From assembly GCF_964204645.1 (NCBI RefSeq), contig NC_134035.1:930001-994000 (forward strand): a DNA stretch of 64,000 nucleotides, written 5' to 3'. A model generated the notes under the pieces. The model ran no database searches, had not been told where the DNA came from, and saw nothing but the letters and a program-made list of their open reading frames with translations. The DNA is from Tubulanus polymorphus (Eukaryota; Animalia; Nemertea). Positions 39,671 to 52,504 of this stretch are shown in pieces. How positions within the stretch are numbered: position 1 is the first letter of the stretch; each line of letters starts with the position of its first letter. The position numbers and the translations under genes were made by a program.

Positions 39671-39822
39671 CCGCAATTTATGATATGTTATAAAGTTAAT
39701 TCTTCTAATTACATATGGATGCGTCCGGGTATACTTGGTTTTGGCGTCGACTGAAAATGTTAACTTCGGTTTATTATTAAACTGTGGCTGATCTTTTATC
39801 GTTTTTGAATACTTTCAGAGAA

Positions 39823-40371
39823 ATGAGCTCGAAACGAAAGAATACTCCGACGAAATTGGCTTCAACATCTGACAGTGAACTGAGTGATCTGACCCCGACG
39901 ATGATGGACACCGATCATCACGACCAACAGGTCATAGGTGGCGCCGTCGTGCCGCGAACTCTGACGCCGATGGACAGCGAAAGCGAGTGTCCGAGCGACG
40001 ACTGCGAGAGCACGTGTTCCGACCGGCCGCAGAGCAAAAAACAAAGAATCCTACAAAGCGTCATGAACGGTGGCGCCACCGGTATCGAATCGGACGACAG
40101 CGACGTATCGAATAACAATTTACTGAAAACGTCGGGACAACGTCGTCACCATCGGCAACCGGCGCAACAACATAATCACCGCATCGTCGAGAACGGTAAC
40201 CACGTCGGCCAACAGGTGGCGCCGCCGCCGTCGTTAGTTATCGAAACGGTGAAAGAAGCGTTGACCGGTGACGAAACGATCGAAGAGAAAGAACGGAAGT
40301 TGTCGGAGATGATCGCGCATCTTCAGAGTTTAAAGCAGACGCTCGTTAAAGAGAACGGAACCGCTTTATTG
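39823..40371 (+). CDS. SoxD: SoxD-group (Sox5/6/13-like) transcription factor, N-terminal coding exon (183 codons, partial gene)
   Basis: Pyrimidine-rich acceptor ...gaatactttcag| ends at 39818; ATG at 39823; donor TTG|gtgagt after 40371 (phase 0). Translation starts MSSKRKNTPTKL (vertebrate Sox5 has MSSKRPASP). It contains EEKERKLSEMIAHLQSLKQTL, matching the SoxD leucine zipper as I recall it ([21 protein letters not shown] in Sox5). GC/CpG-rich coding-like composition ends near the donor. ORF-track residues outside these limits are intronic. Confidence 0.9.
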
Positions 40372-43300
40372 GTGAGTTCGATTTCACCGTTATTCTACAG
40401 ATCGTATTTTGTCTGTATATCAGTGTCGATGTGTGATTTGAAGAAGTCCCTGTGTCGAGTATTAGTATTGAGAAGTTTTTTCCATCACGGGATTATGACA
40501 TTTTGGGTAAAAACTAGCTACGATTCCTGCTAGTTTTTCCCCAAAACATCTAAAAAGCTGCACAATTTCTAATCTCACTTTCCAGCGACCTCTTCAATGA
40601 ATTTTTTCTTGTAGATAGGTTACAGGTAGAAAAATAGTTCCGTTTTTACTTAAAACACTGGACCCAGTTCCGGAATTGTCGGTTGTTCAACTTTTGAGAG
40701 CTGAAATCAGTTCATTTTTGATGTTTTAAAGAGTCAAATTCTAACAGGCAACTATGGAGCTGGGTTGAAGTGACTGAAAATTCACTTGTACAGACAAGTT
40801 ATAAAAAACTTGAATCGGTAAGTAAGACACTTCCCATCGATTCCCCCATTCTCTCCCTCGCTGAAAGCTGATCTCGTATTTTTAATTGCTGTCCGGATTC
40901 TAGTTTTCAAACTTTCCCGAACAACAACGAATGAAAGTTGTTGTATTGAAAGGTTTTAATGAGCTATCGTCCGTCTGCCGCTGATGGTGTACGCGCGCTC
41001 CGTGACATTGATAAATGATCGCGAAAATAGTAGTCGGTATTCATAGTAGTTGTAGCGATGATGATGAAGTTTAAGTTTGAAAGTTGAAAAGTTGCCGAGT
41101 TGCGGAGACGAGAACAGGCAGGCGGACGGGCGGGCGGGCAGACGGGTCTCGGTCGTCATTAATCTTCCGTCGGTGATGTTCGCGCCGTAGTTACGCTCGT
41201 TCGCTCGTGCTCGACTGCGTTTTATTGGCATGCAAATCGAACAAAACAAAATGCCAATAGACCGTGTTCGCAGTCGCGCTGCGGATGATTGATCACGACG
41301 CATCGGTCTGCTGTGCGTTCGTACCGCTATCAACCCCACACCCATACTACGAATGAAACTTGCTTATGGGTGTCGGTAGCCGTTCCACTATGGATTCCAA
41401 CCCCTTGCTCATACAAGGATTGGAATTTTTTCAGTTTATGGACATGTCTAAGGTGTCAATAGGGATGTCTAAGCATGTCTATAGGGTTTTCTATGGATCA
41501 GCGAAGGACCCAAATCATTAACGCCCCCCACCCCCCCCCCCCGCCCATACGAGGGTGGGGGTGGGGGACATACCTATGGATGTCAGTAGGCGTGGTTTCT
41601 ATGGAACCGAACCCTTTTGTTCTGGCTAACCCATTTCTGGTCTATTATCATCTGGCAATTGATACCTGTCGGTTTCAAATTTAGCCCTCTCTCTCCCTGC
41701 CCTTATCTTGCCGGCATAGAAGGAGGAGGAGGGAGAAACCATTGATATCGTAAAAATCAGAAATAATTGGAATCTCAGTCGACTGTGTTCGATCATCGGT
41801 GAAAAATTAATTGTCTCATTTGCGCGCGAGTTCAGAAAGTTTTTAATTGGCGATTTTCGATGATCGCGTTGTCAATTTTAATAAGGCCTGCTATCGGCTC
41901 ATTGACTGACTGACTGTTTACGTACGCGCACTGCGCACAGTAGAGTAAAACGTAATGAACCTATTTTTAACGGCGTATGTTCAGGGATTTTCCCCCGAGG
42001 AAACACAGAATGAAAAACAGTTTGTTCGTTACTATTTTAGAGGCTGGCGTTAATCAATTTTCTTTCAAGTGTCTGCACAGTCAAAGCTAAGGTTCTGAAA
42101 CTAGTTTAAGCCGGTTTTAGTTCAATATCCAATCCGGAATCTTAAACTTAAGTTTGAAAAGACCTTATCGGACAAGACCAATTGTGTATTCACGGCTTTG
42201 ACTTCAGACCAGTCTAAGGCCAACTTAGTTCTATAGCCAGTCTAACAACTTAAGACCAGTCTAAGACTAACTTTGTTCTAACGCTGATCTAACTATACTT
42301 AATACCCAGACTTAAGAGCTAAAACCACTTTTGGACTTAAGACACAACTGTGTAACTAGCACCAGGACCTACTAACCGGGCCTAAGTCTCAGTCGCAAAT
42401 TCATGACTGAAAATTTGGAGCTAATTTCGGGTCTATGACCTATCAACGCCCTAGATATGTTAGTAGTTCATAAATGTATAAATAACGCCGGCTATGATGG
42501 ATTTGACAGCTGGTTGGTACTGGACCTGAGCGGGAGCACAAGAGAAGACAGCTGGCTATATTTCATCATCACCACCAGTAGACATTGGGTATTGTTTTAC
42601 TGTGTGACATTGTGTTCTGGTTGCATTGTAGTCTTTGTTCTTGACAATGAAATAATAACCGTTCCTGCAGTGTTTACTGTGTCAACTAACCTTGCTATGA
42701 CTGATTGTTAGTTTTAGGTCAGTCTAGTAGTAAATCCAAATATACCGGATAAACAGACAAGAGGCATGGCTCAAATTCTAACCATTCATTGTTACATATT
42801 TTTACATAGTAGATTGTCTTTTTTTAGCTACGATAAGCTACAAAACTTACACGCACGTGGATCGTGAGGGGGGTTAGAGTTGTCCAAAATAACGTCAAAT
42901 TGGGCAGAGGGGGTCCCTTAATACATCGTTAAGTGAGGTCGAATTATTTTCTAAATATGAAGTAAATAGAATTCAAATTTCACTTTGTCACGAATGAGAT
43001 ATGTTTCATGAAAGTGTAGTCGTCCCCTAAACACTACTGAACTAAACTGAATACCATAACAAAATAATAAAAGAAATTTCTTTATTGTCGGCAACTCGAA
43101 CTTTAGACTCGAACACCCGTTAAATGCGCGCGCCACTGAATATCATAAAGCAATATTGTTATTGTTACATATTTTATTTATCTAATCTGAAGTCTTTGTT
43201 TCGCGCTCATTGCAGGATGAGTCTCGGCTTGTTTTTCTTTGAGAAACACCAAAGGCTTTTGACTTTTGCCCACTTTGCTGTTGCTTTCTGGTTTCTGTGT

Positions 43301-44874
43301 AAATGAAATGAAGGGCAATCTGATCCTGGCTATTGTGTTCGAGATTTCAAGTGTTTTGTAGTAATAACTCATTGTTAACTTATCTATCTCTCTCTCTCTC
43401 TGGGTATGAAAGTTTATTCAAATATTCTAAAGTGGAGACATGTTTATAAATTGGCTGCCTATATTTGTAAACTCGATGATTTTCGGTAAAAGCCTCCTAA
43501 ATTTAGATGTGACAAACTTCTAAACATTTCACATCGGTATTGAATTAACTTCATTCGATACAGCATCAAAACTAAGTTTGGAAAATGGATGGAATGGATG
43601 TTTTAACTAGTTATTGTTTACTGTACTACTTAATCATTTTGAGAAATACTGATTTTCATTTTAACAGAAATAGTGTTCCCCTTTTAATTACTGATTGATT
43701 CGAACAGATGAAAGGTATTACTGAGGATGTTACCCCCTGATTGAACAGAAAGTTGTTACTGAAGCTCTTGTCCTCTTTGGAAAGGCAGCCCTGATAAATG
43801 TGAAATAACTTTTTGATCCTTGTTCCCTAAACGGTTATTTTACACAGGGCTCAATCTGTGGCTGAGATTTTCATTGAAAATTTTCCATTGTGTACCATGT
43901 GTGCAGCGGAGCTAACATGATTTAGTCAACAATGATAATGAATATCAGTGGAATGCGTTTAGTAATGAATGACTTGAATAAATGATAAAGCTTTAATGGA
44001 TTTTGCGGGAGGCTTTCTGACAATTGAGTAAAAAGCGGGTATTGTCTGCAGAGAGAGAACTGATTTTCACAATAGAAATAGTCCTGTTGATTATTGTACT
44101 GAATGAATGTGACTGGCACGCAAGGCCCCAGTAATATTAGCGTACTTAGATTATATCATTACCACACACATGCAAATCCGTGCCAAATGAACTTAGACCC
44201 CTCATAGTGTCTGTCGTTCTCAGGAAAGTGTTTTACTCGGGAAATAATTACTCTGGAGCTGATTTCAGTATCTTCGATCTTGTTTTTGCATAATTTTTGT
44301 AAGTAAATTTTAAAAAGCGAAATAAATCTTCCGCTGTATTCAAGGGGTGGGGCCTGGAAGTCAGTAGTAGTAGGATAGGCCTAGTAGTTGTCGGGTTAGA
44401 TGTTTGGATCCTGGTGTGGTCTGATTAAACTGCTCGGGAGTGGTCGAGTAAGGCCACCATGGACGTTTATAGTTTACACGTCCGTGGGCCACCATTTCAT
44501 TAGTGTCTCGTTCAGTTTAGACAAATTCAAGCGATACACTTTATTTAGATTTAGGAAATACAACCAATGAATCTAGCTGAATTCATGTCAACTCATCTTT
44601 CACTAAGCATTACTGTCATTTAGAACTTGTGAATTATGCTGAAAATCGAAATTCAATTGAAATTTTGTTCTGAATTTGTTTGGTTACCAGCGTATTGTTT
44701 ATTTGATGCCAGTTCATCTCAGTGTTTGGCAAAAGAGCTTAAAACACTAGCGATAGTTTTTTTACCCAGATGTTCAAAAAGTATAACTCTTAAAACGGTA
44801 TTTTGAGATTGATCATTCTTGTGAAACTGGACGCGGAAAGTGCCACCGTAAAACTAGAGATAAATTCTATATCA

Positions 44875-45037
44875 ATCCATACAATACCATTATACCATAT
44901 CAAATACCATATATTACTATATCATACCATTCATACAATATCATACCATAAAATATTTATACCATACCATATAATACCATATATCATACCATATCACATC
45001 ATATACCATACCATGCAATACCATACCATATACCATC
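44875..45037. repeat. (ACCAT)n degenerate pentanucleotide repeat
   Basis: Direct reading. Confidence 0.9.
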
Positions 45038-47643
45038 CTAAAGAACTTTATTGACTCTAGAATTATGTGATAAAGACATTTAAGTATAGATTGACATAGT
45101 ACAGAAAGGAAGATTTATAGTATCATATGAAATAAACTGAAAACTCCCCCGCCCCAGCCCCCCACTCCCTTTCTCCCCTTCTCCCCACTCCCTTTCTGTT
45201 TATGTATGAGTTATTATAATTGGGTATAAATCGAATCAGCTGTCATTCAGCGTGGAGAATATATTCTATTGAATACGTGCAGTGTGTTCTCGTCATAAGC
45301 GGCTAATGGGTTAATAATCCTTTTGTTTTGGTTGAATGTACTGCGCTTAGTCACCATGATTGCTACATGGTCCGGGATTACCGTAATCAATCGCGTATTT
45401 CATCCGCATCAAATTCCGTGCCTCGTGCCGGTATCGATAAAACGCAGCCGGCCGAGGCAGTGAATGAATGAATATGTAGTTTATATTCGATCAGTCTTTT
45501 TCTTTCGGTAGGGTTTAGTGAATTCATGTGGAATATGAATTTCGAAAAATTAGATGTCGAATTTAAAATTTTTACTTTACAAAAAGCGGTATTCGATTCA
45601 TATTTGTGGTTGTATAGATATATCGAGGCCAATCCCGGGTAAAATGAAAATTTAAAATCGTAAAACTAAACAGTTTAAATTGTTGGGTTGTAATCGATAG
45701 CAACTTCTGTTAACATTTTATCGTACAAGCGAGATCCTAAGGGAGGTTTTCGTGAATCTTGAAAAAGTTCCGTTGCCTTTTTGTCAATTGAAACGCAATC
45801 CTATTAATGTTGACTCAATGACGGCCTTGAGACGGACGACTGACACGACAAAGTTCACTAGAATATTCTGTACTACAACCCGGATATGATGACGATCTAG
45901 TAGATTTTTTGGTTGACCTCATCGACCTATAAAACCAATATTCAGAAGGTGTTTATCAATCGTAACGATGTTCCTTTCGAACTTTGTCGTTTAAGTGCTA
46001 GGTTCTATATTTTAGGAAGTTTACTATGTATGTTTTGGTGTGCAGTAGTCTAAAGTAAGACTTTTTATGAAGGAAAATTAAAGCTGTTCATAAATTTACT
46101 TATCGCAAGGAATTTCAATTGTCTTATGAAGTTTTCCCCTCAGTTTGTCATCTCGGTGCTTCTTCAGTAGTTGTCCTAAACGAGTCCTCATTTGAGGAAA
46201 TATCGCAACTACTTATCAATTATCTCTCGGTACATTATACAGCGCGTAACGAGTCTTGGTCGATTTTTTAGACGGCTTACGTCACATCTGGTACTGGGGG
46301 AGTCTATCGGAATGTAGAGTGATTACGTTGATCTGATCACTGTATTGTCATGCAAACCACTCGACGAATATACGCTGTATGCTGATGCCGTATACGCGTG
46401 CGCGCCGCACGGCTCATCTCTCCACCGCACGATGATCGCCGTCCATTGTTTGAATATTATTAATCGTGATTTTTATTGGCCTTTCGTCGTTCATGCGTGT
46501 AATTGCATTATACGGCGCGGGTATTGCGGTCGGGAGGGAGTAGAGGGCCGCGCGAGTCTCTCGTTCGTTCGGCTCTCCGCGCTCTCTCTCTCTCTCGTGT
46601 GTTTGCTTTTGAAGAGCAAATTGCACTCGAAGATCGGCAAATTTAATCAGCATCGCGTCAGGAGTATTGTAGATGATAGAATACGCAGATAATAGCCTGA
46701 TGCATGAATGGAAGCTCTCCGGGTCGATTGTCGAACGACAATGGCTCGCAAATCCCTGCAGAGCGGGCGCACACGAATCATAGTTGGCGGCGGCGGCTGA
46801 TACTGATGATTTTTGCGCTGTATTGATGCGTAGTAATGGCACGCTGGGTCGTGTTTGCTCAGCATGTCGATTTCGACCTTTATTTCGACCTTTATTTCGA
46901 TTGTCGACTCTTTCCCCGGTGACGAGTAGCTCGCGAGAGAGAGTCCGGGAGTCGAGTGGATTTCCGTTGTCGATGTACGCGAATTCAATGATTATTAGCG
47001 GCCATGTTTTTTCGTAATGAGTGCCCTATGGTTACGAACAATCGGGTCCCGGGTTACTTTAGCCGCCGGTCACGCGCGGTCGTATATTAGCGATGGCTTT
47101 CACGACGAGTAAAAACGGGGGAAAAAATTACGAGAATAATGTCCTCGGTGATGTGCGCGCATCTGAATAACGATGAAACGTTTTTTACTACGCAGCGCGT
47201 ACCCCGTGCGAAGTTTCCGGTGGTAGCGAATGTTTTGACACGGGCCTAAAAGACCCCCGTTAATCGCAGGGATCCTACGCATTAAAACAAACGACGCATG
47301 ATTTCGTGGTCGGCTACAATCACACTTTTATTGATAACGAAACAAGAGTTGAATTATCAAATAAGCAGAAATCTGGTTTTGTATATCGCGTTTTATTGCT
47401 CCCCTACTAACTCCTGCATAAAACGTCTGCCTGAATGATTTGCGTCCATTCGGTATTGCAGTTATGTGAACGTGTTATTTTTTCCGTAGCCTGTAACTTT
47501 CATGAATGAACGTTTCTACAGTGTGGACGGATATGTCAAAACAAGCAGTAGGTCGAGTATCTAACTTAAAGAATTAGTGATCTTCAAGATTGGCCATGGT
47601 ACTAACTTGAGTTCTTAGGTTTGTTTTAGAACCAAAATCTTAT

Positions 47644-47928
47644 CCCTTTCAATGCTGACTTATTAATACCTGAAAATGCTGGTTATGATTTGAAATTTCA
47701 AAAGATTCCAACTCTGTGTGTTGAAATAACAGACCATATCTGTATGGTTCACCGCGGTGCGGTGTATCGTTAATTACTAATATTCCACTGTTTGACAGGT
47801 GCTGCCATCTTTCAATTGAGATAAAAACCAATTACTAATTACATCGACAATACACCATGATGCGGTGTACTAGCAAAGTCTGTCACCGGTTTTATACACC
47901 GCACTGCAGTGTAGATGCACTGAAAGGG
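47644..47928. mobile_element. piggyBac-like MITE
   Basis: ttat-CCCTTTCAATGC ... GCACTGAAAGGG-ttaa; CCC/GGG termini with a TTAA-type flank. Confidence 0.65.
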
Positions 47929-49179
47929 TTAAATTGTTAGATTATTGGCCATTCAAGTTGTTTTGTTGTTTAAAACATAGTTTTCAGTTTTAATCTCAGT
48001 CTATTGCGTAACTGGTCCTTCGGTTTTTATCTCCATCTTTCCACAGAAGACACAGCTATCGCGTAATGATGATAATATACTCGTCCGACGCGTCGGTATC
48101 TAAACGGTTAAAACAGTTCCCTACACTCCGTCCGTTATCCTATCGCTTTTACTACAAAGTAGTTTGTAAGTACGGAAAGAATGGATCGCGCATTTTGCAG
48201 TAAACAAGAGCGAAAGCGATCTGATAGACAGCAACAAGGTACGATAGATAACGGAACACCTACGGTTTACAACTGATTCATTCATTGCCGGCGCTATTGT
48301 AAAATTGGCCGATGAGCGAGGAAGAGAGAGAGAGAGAAAGTAAGATGATTCTACATTCCTAGTCGGTGTATTAAATCACCTCACAGTCAGATAGCTGAGT
48401 GAGAGGAAAAAAACAATGCTGTTTTTCAGTCGATTCAAAACACTCCTGCTGAAGATTCAGTCGAAAGTGCGTCTAAGTCAGCGTTGTTTTGCTATAAACA
48501 GTTGGGGGTTTTAGTTTAACTACTATTTAAAAGATGGCATGACAATCTCATGCGTTTTTTTTTCTATGGTTATGGAAAATCAGAAAATGATCTCGTAATA
48601 GAATTTTCTCTATTTTGACAAACTTTTTGAAAATACTTTGTCAATGGTATTTATTTACATTGAACAGGCCTTCATTGCTTATTCTACTTTGGTGATGTGC
48701 CGAACTTAGGGATATGGAAAATGAAATCGGTAAACTTCCTAAAAAACGCTGTTATCATTATCTATGACACAGTGTGCCCCTTATTGGTCCAAAGATCTCT
48801 TGTTTAGAAAATGCTGCTTCAACTTGTTGGTTTTTTGCGAAGCTTTGTGATCAAAATGAGCTATAACCGAAAACATTCCTCGTAAACACGACTTTCGTGC
48901 GTCAAGTTTTCAGATCTTGCGTTTGTTTTTGTGATGCTTAGAATTCTGTTCGCTTTGATGTTTTTTTTTTCTCTCTTTTTCCCGGATGAAAAGAAAATCA
49001 TTTTTCGAGCAACGATTAGTCACTGTTCTTTATTACCGTGATACTTCTGTTGCGTCAGTTCTATTTGCCGAGGAGGTCGTCGCGCGAGTAAGCGTGAGTG
49101 AGCGAGCGAGGAGCACAGTCACATCCACCTGCTGAATCATGGCTACAATAAGAAATGAGATGAGGAAAAATACGTTTCC

Positions 49180-49560
49180 AGTGGTCTTAGAGTTGTTAGA
49201 TAGGCAATAGAACGTTAAATTTGAATGTTAAATTTGCTATAGAATCAAAATGATCTTAGACTGGGTCTGAAGTTGTTAGATTGGTTATAGAATCAAAATG
49301 AGCTTAGGCTGGGTCTGAAGTTGTTAGATTGATTATAGAACCAAAATGAGCTTAGGCTGGTCTTGTTGTTATATTGGTTATAGAAATAAAATGAGCTTAG
49401 ACTGGTCTTAAGTTGTTATATTGGTTATAGAACTAAAATGAGCTTAGGCTGGGTCTTAAGTTGTTAGATCGGTTATAGAACCAAAATGAGCTTAGACTGG
49501 TGCGAACTTGTTAGAACCTAAATGAGCCTGGTCTTCAAATTATAAGACTTGCTATAGAAC
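49180..49560. repeat. ~47-bp minisatellite, ~7 units
   Basis: TATAGAA(T/C)CAAAATGAGCTTAG(A/G)CTGG(G)TCT(T/G)AAGTTGTTAGATTGGT. Confidence 0.9.
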
Positions 49561-51189
49561 CAGGAACAGCTTATACCGGGGTCCTATATGATGGTGACTT
49601 GTGACACTATGATGTAATGTGGATAAACCCCTCACAGTTACAGCGATCAACACTACAAGTTTCTACCCGAGCGTACAGTACATACAGTATCTTAACCAAG
49701 AAATCGGCAAGAAAAAAACAATGATTTTTTCCGTAATGATTTCCTCTGCCATTGTCGCTATGAGTCGAGATGATGTCTCATAGTGCATCCGCAGGGTTAA
49801 CATGTTGCGATTTCCCTCGGTTTCCCCGTCGTCGATGTTGTCTGCAGCAAGCAATCGTCGGGGTCCATCGTCATCGTGTGTTGTTTATTCGAAAGGGATT
49901 ACTCATCGTTGTCAATACACATTGTTGCTGAGTCAGACCCTCGTCGTCGTTGCCGATGACGAAGGAAGGACAGACAATTCTCTCTCTCGGTATCTTCTGC
50001 TTTTTCTAATCCGTCTGCTGTAAAAGAGCGCCGATTGTTAATTGTCTTGCGAGGCGAGAGGCGTACGTCGTCGTCGTTGATGCGCGTTTTGTTTGTTGAA
50101 TACGCGCATCAAGGTGAATATACATTCGTCATGCATCATCGCGACATTCGTTTGTCTTTGATGACAATTAATGGCGTTGGATTAAAAAATCAGGAGATTC
50201 TCGTGCGCGTCGTCGTCATCGTGATTTTTGATCGCTCAAAACGCCTGAATAGCTGATCGGAATACGTCTGTGGTGTTAATTGCGTAAATGAAAAATACAT
50301 TACTAGTGTCTTCTTTTTCTTTTTGAATTCAATCGTGAACTGTTAACTCATTATTTTTACCAACCCTCCCACCACTGAGGTTACTCCCGATACTGTGGTT
50401 ACTGCGCCTTTCCTGGTTTTGAATTAGTTGAAGTTTCTTTATCTCAATCCTATCGGTATAGAAACAGTATGCCGTGACAATTTTGGAGAAACAGTTTTCC
50501 ATTACAATTTTTGGTTCTCAATGAAGCTTACCCAAGCCCAGTTAACCAGTAGAGACTGGTCTTAGTTGTTGAATAAGCTGTAAAACCAATATTGGCTTCA
50601 AAGTGGTCTTAATCTAAATCTTGATTACATCTAACCGAAGGGTTTAGTAGCATCCCGAGGGAGGTGTGGACCAATAGGACTTGTTCATCTGCGCTCTCTT
50701 GCGATGAGAGGCTTCGCTATCATTGTCATCTTCACCCGTACCGATTGCGTGTCTCCAAACATTGTCCGTCGTATTACAGCGAATTTTATTCCATAGCCGC
50801 GCGGAATTTGCTGTTTAAATTAGCCAATTCGATGTCTGTATCGTCCCCACAGACGCTGCTAGTAATCTATCGATCTATGACGAACATAGACAACGGCTAT
50901 TGTTCGAACTGGCGTGCTTAAATACTTTTGTCATTTCGGACGAGTTTCCCCGAGGGTATCGACGAGCTCTGAATCACGCTAGTCGCTTGAACACACGACC
51001 GGCTGGCCATCGGGAGTCACCGATTGTTGTGTCTCGTGCAGATACGAATTCCGATACATGGTGTCAGCTGTGGTCAGTGCGGCCTGTTATAATAATGATA
51101 ATTTTACTTCATCATCGATGAAAAGGAAAATACATGGAATGTACAGAGATAGTAGATAAATGATAGAATTAAGGGTTGAAGATTTGATT

Positions 51190-51459
51190 TGATTAATTTG
51201 AAGAGAAATATGAAAGTTGTTACCGAGGGTCTTACTGTTGACTACTGATTAATTAGAACAGAAATATTAAAGGTGTTACTGAGGGTCTTACTGTTGATTA
51301 CTGATTAATTTGAAGAGAAATATGAAAGATGTTACTGAGGGTCTTACTGTTGATTACTGATGAATTTAAACAGAAATATGAAAGATGTTACTGAGGGTCT
51401 TACTGTTGATTACCGATTAATTTGAAGAGAAATATGAAAGATGTTACTGAAGGTCTTAC
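51190..51459. repeat. ~56-bp minisatellite, ~4.5 units
   Basis: GAAATATGAAAGATGTTACTGAGGGTCTTACTGTTGATTACTGATTAATTTGAAGA; degenerate relative at ~43665-43765. Confidence 0.9.
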
Positions 51460-52275
51460 AGCAGTCCTGTGCTGCTGATGATGATGATAATGATGATAAT
51501 AATGTTTATGATTAATATGCGAGTTGGTTTATGATATGCAACGTGGAGTATACGACGCATGAAGGATTTCTACCATCATTCGTCCTATTCTTACCGGATT
51601 ACCATAAGTTTACGAACCGCGGCTATTAGTTTTACATGAATGCAGCGTTGATGATCGCGCTGAATAGCGTCATCGTTCGACCGTTTGACAGGCCGGGGTA
51701 CATCTCGTCGCCGCTGACGGCATTCTCGGCGTTCCGAATCGGCTATTGTTGCGTCGTCGTATTGTATTGTTCGTCGATAGATCAATGTCGAGAGTATCGT
51801 CGTCACGATGCATGACGGAACGAATGCTACTGTTGTCAGTGTGTGTGTGTGCGTGTAGAGCTATTCGCTTAATTTGTAAATTCTAATTGAGAAGTTGAGT
51901 GTAGCGGTCGCGCGACGCGTATGTCTCATGCTTGTTGTATTACAGACGCAGTCGTTATTACTGATATCATAAATTCTACTGCCATTCATGACATCATTGA
52001 GTTACGTATTTATACGCGCCGCTGTTGAAAGTTAAATTTGACTCTTGTCGTCGTCAAACCGGCGCCAGTTCAGGTTTGACTGTAGATTTTGAAGCTAATC
52101 CATCATTGTTGAACAGTGACACAATTAGCCTCACACTAACTGTGGAACTATGGGTCCTGAGTTGAGCTTTCACTTGAATCAAATTGAGCCCAACTTCCTT
52201 AATCGGGTTCAATTCACAGCTGTAGTGCCGGTTGCTAATCTTTGAGAGCCGTTAGTAGACTGGATCCTGTCATAA

Positions 52276-52504
52276 GCCGCGATCACACAGACAAATTGTC
52301 CCAGATCAGGCCCAAGTTGAATTTGGCCCGTGCCTAATTAGTGAGTGCGTTCACACATAAACCGCTAACTCGATACAATGCTTTAACAAGTGGGTCACTT
52401 CCGGTACCAGTTGCAATTCACATGGACCTGTGCTGAAATTTGGCTCCGGTCGGACGTTTTTGGTCGCGCCTAGTTTGACTTGGGCCAAAAATGCTAGTGT
52501 GGCT
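52276..52504 (+). mobile_element. MITE family B copy
   Basis: taa-GCCGCGATCACAC start; GTCACTTCCGGTACCAGTTGCAATT core. Confidence 0.75.

Noticed and set aside
39784-40533. Full 249-aa ORF as a single-exon gene
   Set aside because: Strong splice sites at 39818 and 40372 bound the SoxD-like part; the flanking residues are intronic read-through.
41522-41567. C-run/G-run segment with G-quadruplex or hairpin potential
   Set aside because: Low-complexity sequence within a probable repeat remnant; nothing supports function.
48444-48478. CTGAAGA-ttcagtc-GAAA
   Set aside because: No stem II or stem I pairing; chance match.
49180-51459. Regularly spaced repeats resembling CRISPR arrays
   Set aside because: Whole units repeat with no unique spacers; no cas genes; eukaryotic context.
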